From assembly GCF_006345805.1 (NCBI RefSeq), contig NC_043005.1, forward strand, positions 46,810,001-46,874,000: a stretch of 64,000 bases of DNA. The letters are read 5' to 3'. A program made the translations under genes and the position numbers. This stretch comes from Octopus sinensis. Lineage: Eukaryota. Below are positions 54,332-64,000 of the stretch, in pieces (positions within the stretch are counted from its first letter, which is position 1; every line of letters begins with the position of its first letter). The notes under the pieces are model-generated. The model did no database searches. It saw nothing but the letters and a program-made list of their open reading frames with translations, and was not told the origin of the DNA.

Positions 54332-55292
54332 GGGACGCTGTCTGCTAGCTACGTAAAGTGGCTACAAAACATTAGTTTGTCCATCTTTCTGTCTTAGTCA
54401 TCGGCACTGACCTTACTAGGTAACAATATTAGCACATTCCTCTGACCAATAACAGATTAGATTCACTCGTCCCCTTCTCTACAGATCTCTTACTCTCTCT
54501 CTACCCCACCCTCATCGCATATGTATGCATGCATATATGTATTTATGGATTTATGAATGCACAAGTGCGTATGTTTGTGTGTATTGTCGTTGTATACACA
54601 TATATACAAATACACACACACACATATATATGTACAAATACACACACACACTTATGGTATGTCATGTATGTGCAACCGTCAAATTAATTTAGGTGCTTGA
54701 CCTATTCCCAGAATGGTCTTCATAATGGACAATAATATAAGAAACCTTTTTTTTTTTTTTGGTATTTTTCAATCTTGCTTTTTCTATTACTTCCTCCTTA
54801 TACTGGATATTAATTTTTTTTCCTCATTACTAATGCGTTGATTCCTGTCTATTGTCAAAAAGCCATATAGAAATAGGGATATCTTAATATCTGTTTCTAT
54901 ATTTAGATATATGAAAATCCAAACTTATATGTATGCCTATTTTTTTATATATGTACTACATATATAACTTTATGTGCCTATATACGCGCGCGCGTGTGTG
55001 TATGCATATATATGTGTGTGTGCGTCTGTGTGTGTGGAGACATATATATATATATATATATACATAAATACATACACATCAGGCATACATACATACATAC
55101 ATACATGAGGGGGCGCCGCTGAGCTTATGGCGTATTTATACTTTTTGCTGCAAGCGAGATTTTTTCTTCAAGGTAAACTGCAGTCTTTAGGAATTAAATA
55201 TCTCAAGCATATTTTAACAAATCTAATCTACACACACACTCACCTGTACGTGTTGTATCGTGTATGACTGTATGCATGTATGTATGTGTATT

Positions 55293-55325
<33 letters not shown>

Positions 55326-55505
55326 TATAAATACGCATATTAAAAGTTCTCTGGAAATAAGACTTGTTATAGATTTCCTTCTAATTCTACTAAAAGTATT
55401 CAGAAGACTTTAGCTTAGCCTTACTTCTCCTCTCACATCCGTCTCTTCTCCAACTTTCACCTTATATTCTCTCTTAATTGGTCTTTTATTATTATCTCAC
55501 TATGA

Positions 55506-55539
<34 letters not shown>

Positions 55540-55560
55540 GTATATATATATGTATATATA

Positions 55561-55610
<50 letters not shown>

Positions 55611-56082
55611 GTATGTATATATATATGTAAGTATATGCATATGGATATGTAAATATATATATATGTGTGTGTGTATGTATATGTGTTTGTGTATGTGTGT
55701 GTGCTTTACTGCACCTATCTTGTTTTTCTCTTCCTCTCTTGCTGTGTTCTTGCTCCCTTTCTCACTCCTAGTTCGATTCTTTGTAATATTATTTCACAAC
55801 TCTGTAGTTGCGTTCAGTTTTTGCAATATTATCATTTACGTCTCCACCCCGACACACGAATTTACTCGCTCATATATTGTATCTTTTAATACATTCAAAG
55901 TGTTGCGTTTTTATACATGTAAGTTCCTATCAACACATACACACACACAGGTACACACATATGCATGCACTAAAGTATGTCCACCAACAATGCATACATA
56001 TACATGTATGTACATATGTACATAACTATATATATATCCTTGTACATGTAAATAAGTATATATGTGACTGTGTGTGTATGTA

Positions 56083-56530
56083 TGGTAAGGAAACTGCTGA
56101 GATACAAACTTCCAAGAGATTTGATGTATACAGAAGCATTTTTATATAAGATAACCTAGGCATACGAAAAGCAAGCGTATGCATAAAATCTTTAGACACT
56201 TGGATACGGTATTACCAATTTGACGGCACAAAAGACTTATCATTGTCTTTCCTAGCCTTATTGATATTCTCGGTCTCACCCCGACCATCTTACCAACCAG
56301 TTTTACTATTTTAACTATTTTCCCTCATATCTGTCAATTCCATTCTAGTTGTTGTCGTTTTTTTCATTTTGTGCTCTCCTCCCGTTCTTCGTGATCCTCG
56401 TTATTCATTCACAACATTTCTAACTGCTCCACACCGTCTTATATCTGAACTTTAAGTCGAACGCCTGTCCGTCCCCCCAGTAAAATTCATAATGTAATTT
56501 CCCTCAGTAGACATTGATGTGGTTTCAGCA
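56083..56530 (+). repeat. Local direct repeat, copy 2
   Basis: Matches 53861-54331; lacks a ~24-bp segment present in copy 1. Confidence 0.95.
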
Positions 56531-57294
56531 TATATACACATATATATGTGTATATATATTTATATATACATATAAACATACAATATACAACAGAAACTCG
56601 CTCAAACACATGTATATATAAAAATGATTTTGTAGGTATGTATGTCATTGTTCAGTTTTATATAAAGGATTGCTTGCCAATAGAGAAAGAGCCGGTATGT
56701 ATGTATGTATGTATGTATGCATGTATGTATGTATGTATGTGTGTGTGTGTCTGTGTGTGAATGTGTGTAAAATATTTTGTATGTATATATATGTATATGT
56801 GGTGTGCGTATGTGTATATGTGTGGGGGAATATGTTTGTAAGGGATAGGTTGATGGCATAGTTCAAAACACAATTCCCCAATTTTTCCAATTTGCTAAGT
56901 TGCAATATTCTCGGCATGGCACTCAAAACAAACTCAATATTTTCATATTCTGTAGAAAATACTCTGTGTTTAGAATAATCTTAATCTTTAATATCTGTAC
57001 TTCATGAAAAGCCCTGTTTAAATATTGTGATGCTGCAAGGAAGAATGGACCATTCCGTTTTAAGATAACAGTATACTTTAGAAAATATAATCACTATAAA
57101 AATAGAAAATATAATTCATATTCATATTTCTAGAGATAGAAAAATCCTTTTTACGAAAACTTCCAGATAAGGAAGTACAATTCTCAGCAAATTTGCATGC
57201 ACTGACCTTGCTATAATCGATAACTCTTAATGAGGCTCCGTTTCCCTACGAATTCATCTAAAACTGCCCCTGGGTTATTGATATAAACTATCTC

Positions 57295-57565
57295 TTTTAA
57301 GGTAAAAACTCCCTTCGGACACGAATGATCGTGGGATTGCATCTAGAAAGTTACCCTCCGAGGCATATGTCTAGGCAAGGTTGTTTATGGAAGACCAGCA
57401 GTTGCCCATGCATACCAGCATCCTGCCTCGACGCTGAGTGAACTGGAGCAACGTGAAACAAAGTGTCTTGCTTAAAAACACAACACACTGCCCCGTCTGG
57501 GAATCGAACTCACTACCTCATGATTGTGAGCCCAACGTTCTAACCACGGAGCCCTGCGCCTTCAC
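57295..57565 (-). mobile_element. SINE family C with internal deletion
   Basis: Aligns with 375-720. Confidence 0.8.
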
Positions 57566-57699
57566 TCTTTTAAACTTATCTAAGTTAAAACATTTTATGT
57601 TAAGTTATTTTACATTATTTTTTTTATTATTTACAAAAAGGCTTTCAGCAGAAACAGGATAGCTAAAGGTGTATATATGCGGTATCGTTTTCCATATGT

Positions 57700-57950
57700 G
57701 TATGTATCACATAAAAGTTCAAAGTTCCTTCCCGAGTCGTACAGACTCATAGGTCTGGTTTCCCGGTTTCCATGGCGTATATATTCCTCACCTTGATGGT
57801 GACGCCACTCCGTCGCAGGATTATTCCTTTTCACCAGCTGAGCGAACTAAAGCAGCATGTAATGAAGTATTTTTGCTTAAGAAGACAACACGGGAATCGA
57901 AACCACAATCTTACGATCATGAATCCAGTACCCTAACCACTAAGCCTCCA
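57700..57950 (-). mobile_element. tRNA-type SINE of a further family
   Basis: gggaatcgaaaccac...taaccactaagcc head on the minus strand; distinct body. Confidence 0.65.
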
Positions 57951-60735
57951 CTAATGCCAATACTATTAGCTAGTGATTTAAGTAAACTCGTAAGAAGATA
58001 TTATTTCCAGTTAGCAGAATTTGTTTAAACTGGATTATTTTTATGTTGTTTTTGTGTGAAACATCATATACAGGCTCATATATGGACACTACTAGAGTTT
58101 TGTAAAGAGCAGCAAGTTATACGCAGTAGTTGTTTTTCTTCTACACATGAAACCTACTACTTGCCTTGATGTTTTGGCCGTAATATTTGCCTAATATTTT
58201 CGTTGCGGTTTTGGTTATAGTATAATCATGGCTTTGACATTAAGTAGTAGGTTTCAGCACTACATGGATTCATGTTCGATCTCAATACGTAGCACCTGTT
58301 TTCTGTCATACCCTTGACTCGACCAAATCTTACGAGTAGAACTTAGTAAACGTATACTGCGTTTCTTTGTTTTGTCTTGAAGATCTTTTCGTCACTCCCC
58401 AAAACGAGTCAGCTTATAAAAATGTAAAAATATATTTCAGCGTTTCAATTAAACAATTGAATTCTTAATAGATTCCTACATCATTGGACCGTTGTCATAT
58501 TTCTGACTACGGTATGTGTGATCGCTGATTTACAACATTGTCAATAATTGTAGTTTGTTTTATTCACCTCGGCTAAAGCCACTAGAGAAAGTTTCGCTGT
58601 AAATTTATTTTGTTTTTTGTCTCACTCTGAAGATAGAACTGACAAAAAATCAATATAGATATTCCGTTGAGAGTTGACTTAAGTTTTTCTTGTAGATATG
58701 GAGGCGCAATAAGCTAAGAGAATATTGATGTTAAAATAACGATAAAGTGGTCAAGGTTTATATATGAGATTTGTATTGAAATGTGTTGCGTTATCTCTGG
58801 TTAGGTATATTTCTTTCCTATATAATATTACAAAATCTGAAATTAATTATTTACACAAGTAAGATACGTAACCTGATCAATGGGGGGCCACAAGACACTA
58901 TTTTCAGAGTTATTTTGAGGCTTCAATTTGAGTGACTACTGTTTCTAGTTGGTTATGGAGAGGAGTTTACATGGATAAACTATCAAGTGCGGGATTCATT
59001 AACAGTTCATTAAGAGTTTTTATCGACCATAAATGACTAAATAGATTTTTAAAAAACTCGCCACAAATGTGTTATTTTATGTGCCACGAATTGTAGGAAT
59101 TGAACTACATATTTCTTACTACATTAGTGTTACCGTTGTACATTTTAAGATCAAGTCCTACTTCTCTCAGCTCCGTGGTTTATGCTCAAATGCGCATTAG
59201 TAATTAACTACTACTTATGCAATCTATTGCACCTTTTCTAAGAAAAGAATAGAATATTATCGAGTCTTGTGCAAACAAATCGTATTTGTATTTGGTGTGA
59301 AAACTACAGAGTAAAATGAATAGTCAATCCTGGAAAACAGTTTCGATTTCAGATTGAATACACTACCCTTCAAAAATATGTTGTAACTTTCCAATTGTGA
59401 GGTCTGGAGGTGTTGATACCTGGTCAAGTAATCCCGAGTACTGCACTCTCATAAATGCTCTGCGATTAGTGTATTGTGAACTTATGCTGTAGGTTAAAGT
59501 TGTAGTAGAAGTTGACAACTTCATCCACCATCGCAACTATAACTTACACTAAATCTTCCACCTAAACTCCATCGTACAGAGGAGTTTATTGTGTAGGAGT
59601 TATTACATCGGGGTCAGTTATGCAGATGCCGAATTTATGTCTACGCAGAAAGTGACTTTCGCCACTTTTTGGAGTGCTTAGAAGTAAATCACTTTTAATA
59701 TTGTAATATAGGTATCCATATGTGGGTGATTAATCCTGTTGACAAACAAGGGTGAATTAGTTCATTATAAGTGATATGAAAGTGTTGTTAATAGTAACCC
59801 ATCGCAGATCTAGCCTAACAGGACGTTATCTGGTAGCTGAAATATTTGTTTTGTGAATGTAAGCGTTTGGGATGATTGTGGATGCGTATAAGAATGTTTG
59901 GTTGAACCATTTAATTTCAGAGTAAAATGGAAAATAATTTCATTCTTAATTTTCTAGTGTTGCCTAAAAAAAGTATATTTTTACAAATGTCAAGACACAG
60001 GGTACCGCACTACAATAGAACCCTCTCTAGATAGCTATACTCCAGAGAATCTCCTTCTAGGACACTTCACTTTCAAGAAACCGAAACTATTTGTATAATT
60101 GATTACATGCAAGCTAGACGCAGTTAATTTGCTGTTCAAGTAACTACTAAAGTGGATAAAGAAATCGATTTTACAACCGGCGGGAGTATAGCGTAACTCA
60201 CAAGGGTTTTGTTGAATTGTCATGAAGATTTTAATTCCGACCATAGTTATTAGTTACTTCGAGTCTTCTGTAATAATTTTCGAAAAGCGAAAATACTTGG
60301 AAAATAGTCATAAAAAGAAAAAACGGCTACATTTTGCCATAAAAGTTTATTTTAAAGCCATCATCATAAACATGTTAAAATTGTTATTATCATACACTGT
60401 TTAGGTTTAGTTCCTCAATTGAACATCAGTCACTTCGTAATCATGATCCACATTTTACTACACCACAATATAGAAGTACAGATATAATTAGTTGCGCTAT
60501 GTTATAGCTATCAACGACATTCGTACACATAGATTTTCAACAGCATACTTGATCAAGTTTTCAGCTGTTTGATATAGATGCTTGATATAACTCACCGTTA
60601 CCAGCATTTCTATAACGCGAACCGAGAAACTTTATGTTGACGCTTGCACGAATAAAATAATACTCGCAACAGCTCTGCACCCTATTCTTGAGTGGTGGTA
60701 TCTCTTCATCCCTTTAATATTATCGTGTGAAGATA

Positions 60736-61022
60736 AAGCGGCGAGCTGGCAGAAACGTTAGCATGTCGGGCGAAATGCTTAGAGGTATATCGTCTGCCGC
60801 TACGTTCTGAGTTCAAATTCCACCGAGGTCGATTTTTGCCTTTCATCTTTTCGATGTCGATAAATCAAATACCAGTCGCGTACTGGGGTCGATCTAATCG
60901 ACTGGGCCCCTCCCCAAAATTTGTGTCACGATGAATCTCCCTGAGAACTGCATTAAGGGTATTCGAGTCTGTGGAGTACTCAGCCACTTGTACGTTAATT
61001 TTACGAACACTTGTAATCGTAA
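60736..61022 (+). mobile_element. SINE family A joined directly to a family D tail
   Basis: aaagcggcgagctggcagaaacgttagc...ccccaaaattt then gtgtcacgatgaatctccctgagaact. Confidence 0.75.
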
Positions 61023-61408
61023 CTGACAACTGAATGTCAGCTATCTAGGACGATTTATTTTTCGAGTACGTAGATTGCATTCAGACGTTTACATACATAT
61101 AGAGATATATGACTATATCAACCAGACTATCGGGAGTTGTTAGAGACCGCTGATCACAATGCACTTCCATACATTATTTTACCTTTCGAATGCTGCTGTC
61201 CAGCTGGCTTCGCGGGCAGGTCAATATCCAAACTGAATGGAACGCTAGTCCATGGCAACGTTTTCCATTTAGAGGTGAGAGAACTGGTGCAACATAAATT
61301 GACGTGTTTTACTCAGGAACGCAAATGTACCATACGTCTGAGAACCGAAACCTCGTAAGTGCAACACCATAATCGCTAAGCCATGCGCCTTCACAGACAT
61401 TCACGCGT

Positions 61409-61466
<58 letters not shown>

Positions 61467-61659
61467 ATGTGTGTGTGTGTGTGTGTGTGTATATATACAC
61501 AAGCGTATATATATATGTATATATATAAGCATACATATATATGTATGTATATATACAAGCATACACATATATATGTATGTATATATACAAGTATACATAT
61601 ATATGTATCAATGTGTATATATATATATATATACGTACATACATACATACATACATACA

Positions 61660-61692
<33 letters not shown>

Positions 61693-61839
61693 CTACGCAC
61701 ACATACATATAATTTGACATTTTCTTTTGTTAGTGTATTTACGATTCTATTAATAAAGAAACAATTCTTGCTGTAAAGGATTCAGGAAAGAGGAAATAAG
61801 AGAGATGTCTCCAATCCACTAAAGGAATATATATATTTC

Positions 61840-61876
61840 ATCTGTTTACCTTCAAGGCTATATATCTGGATACTTC

Positions 61877-61910
<34 letters not shown>

Positions 61911-62165
61911 ATGTATGTATATATATATATATATTTATATTTATATGTATGTATATATATATATTTATATTTATATTTATATGTATGTATATATATATAT
62001 TTATATTTATATATATATGTATGTATATATATATTTATATATATATGTATGTATATATATATATTTATATTTATATATGTATGTATATATATATATTTAT
62101 ATTTATGCATGTATGTATATATCTATCTATATAAATATATACATATATACATACATACATACATA
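61840..62165. repeat. ~28-34 bp minisatellite derived from (TA)n/(TATG)n
   Basis: tatgtatgtatatatatatatttatattta repeated about 7-8 times with variation. Confidence 0.9.
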
Positions 62166-63499
62166 TATATATATGGAAAAAAAAAACTACAAAATGTAAA
62201 AGATAAATGAAGTCTGAAATGTCATCGAAATAGAGAAGAAAAACAATTCCCACAGTAAATTTGATAAAAGAAAATATAGCTCGGGGTCTGAAAACAAATC
62301 GATGTTAAGACGGAAGCGGCTACTAAAAGAACATGAATATTTCACAATTTTCCGTTTGCCTGAAAGCAGCTATGAACTATATCCAGTAAATGGCAGTTGA
62401 CCTACTATATTAGTTTTTCAATGTTTTCTTTTCCATCTTCTAACCGTTTTTTTTCCTTCTCTCGTGTTGACTAATATTGTAAATGTTCTTGCTATATATA
62501 GACTCTAAAAGTGAAACGTTATTATCTTAGACATCTAACTCCATTTACAAGCTCCGTAGCAGCTATAGTTTCAATTTATCTACGATTTTCGACATTAAAT
62601 CGCACTAAACTTACAATAATCGTAACATGGATAAAAACGTAGCAAAATTGCTCCCATGGAGATATTTTTTTTGCCTTTTTGACATACGGATCTGTTTCTA
62701 AAGAAGATTGTTAACCCAATGAACTTAATTAAGAGGAAGGAGTGCATAGACACAAGTCAACGGCTACAAATCATACAACGTGCGAGTGACATTAAGGAAA
62801 GGAGATAATAAAACGAGAATGCAAGACGATGGGACGTGAATGGAGTGTGAGAAACAAAAGGAGAGAAAATTCTGTCAATGGGAGTAAAAAATATAAATGA
62901 AAGCAAATCAAAGACGGAGAACTGAAAGAAAACTTAGGGTAAACGATGGTGGTATAAGTTCATGATACTAAAGGTTAAGAAAAACACGGAAGATACAACA
63001 AAATATGCTTTTAGAAGCGTTATTAACACAGTAGAGAGCCAAAAAGAAGGTCAGAATATAAATTCACGAAATGGGTAAAAATGAGGACAGAGAACTTTAA
63101 AGAAAAGGTAAAGAGTAAATAAAGACTTAGATAGAATATGAGAGAAGAAAAGACAGATGAAATCAAAAGTATTTGCCAAACATGATAAATAACACTGTTT
63201 AGTATAATCACGCACACTGATTCACATATGCCTACGGACGAACGAACGTACGTACGTACCTATGTATGTATGTATGTATGTATGTATGTATGTATGTATG
63301 TATGTATGTATGTATGTATGTATGTATGTATGTATGTATGTATGTATGTATGCGTAGAGCGTTTTGCTAAGGGATTAACGTGCCAGAGACGGTTGAAACA
63401 AGTGTTTTCAACAGATTTCTCGAATAACAGAGCTCATAGGTAAATGGCGTATGAGAATAGTTTTCTTGTAGATATTTATATACGAAAGTAGTACGTAGG

Positions 63500-63668
63500 T
63501 GCATGCATGAATATGTGGTAAGAAGCTTATTTCTCAATCATATGGTTCCGGGTTTAGTTCCACTGTGCGACATTTTGGTTAAGTGTCTTCTACTATGGCC
63601 TCGGGCCGACCAAAGCCTTGTGAGTGTATTTGGTAGACGGACTCTGAGGATAAAGACCGCCGTGCATA
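63500..63668 (+). mobile_element. SINE family B, 5' half
   Basis: Ends in the internal (TA)n that hosts the Helitron below. Confidence 0.8.
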
Positions 63669-63699
63669 TATATATATATAATATATATATATATATATA

Positions 63700-64000
63700 C
63701 TAGCAGTATCGCCCGGCGTTGCTCGGGTTTGTAAGGGAAATAACTATATAAGCATTTTTAGAGATGTAAAGTATAATAGCCATCTCAATATAGCTAACCA
63801 CAAAGGGGGGTGTTACAGTAGCTTTTTACGTTCTGAGATTTAATAATAAATTTTTAGAGAGTTACTTCCCTTATATATGCCAAAAATGCATTAAAAATGG
63901 GAAAAATTGATGGTAAATTGTTTTAAAATCGTAGACTCATCGTCGACGTGCGCTAATACCCAGAAGGGCTCGATATGAATCGCGACTATAAGATACCCGG
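63700..64000 (-). mobile_element. Non-autonomous Helitron 3' end (continues beyond window)
   Basis: Minus strand cccgagcaacgccgggcgatactgCTAG|T in (TA)n; same terminus as 34430-34465. Confidence 0.75.

Noticed and set aside
59574-59652. Possible plus-strand exon (acag|...|gtgact)
   Set aside because: Weak donor, two frames open, no recognisable peptide

Overview
Eukaryotic, very AT-rich, repeat-dominated DNA. It is most likely an octopus (coleoid cephalopod) genome; this is inferred from the SINE families and the extreme (TA)n/(GATA)n/(AAT)n load and was not verified by search. I recognise no host gene. Nearly all long ORFs in the supplied track are microsatellite read-through, and only a few weak exon candidates remain (best: a putative minus-strand first coding exon, ATG at 46357). 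The window contains about 30 tRNA-type SINE copies from several families, decayed LINE pieces (CR1-group, R4/Dong-like RT and restriction-like endonuclease, Tx1/L1-like RT, RTE), a Ty3/Gypsy gag remnant, non-autonomous Helitrons and Helentron-type (HINE-like) elements, several local duplications and a 524-bp near-perfect palindrome. The main observation is that several unrelated short repeats sitting in microsatellites carry minimal type-I hammerhead ribozyme motifs with palindromic stem III. (1) A 367-bp head-to-tail dimer at about 22750-23445 (minus strand) has two intact hammerhead cores and looks like a non-LTR retrozyme or Penelope pLTR dimer able to release a 367-nt monomer. (2) A tRNA-headed SINE-like element at 15400-15670 ends in an intact hammerhead. 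(3) Further copies at about 40000, 43900/44140, 45200 and 49420 carry core mutations or truncation. Ribozyme activity is predicted from motif and pairing only. Repeat boundaries were read by eye and are approximate (tens of bp) unless a motif position is given.
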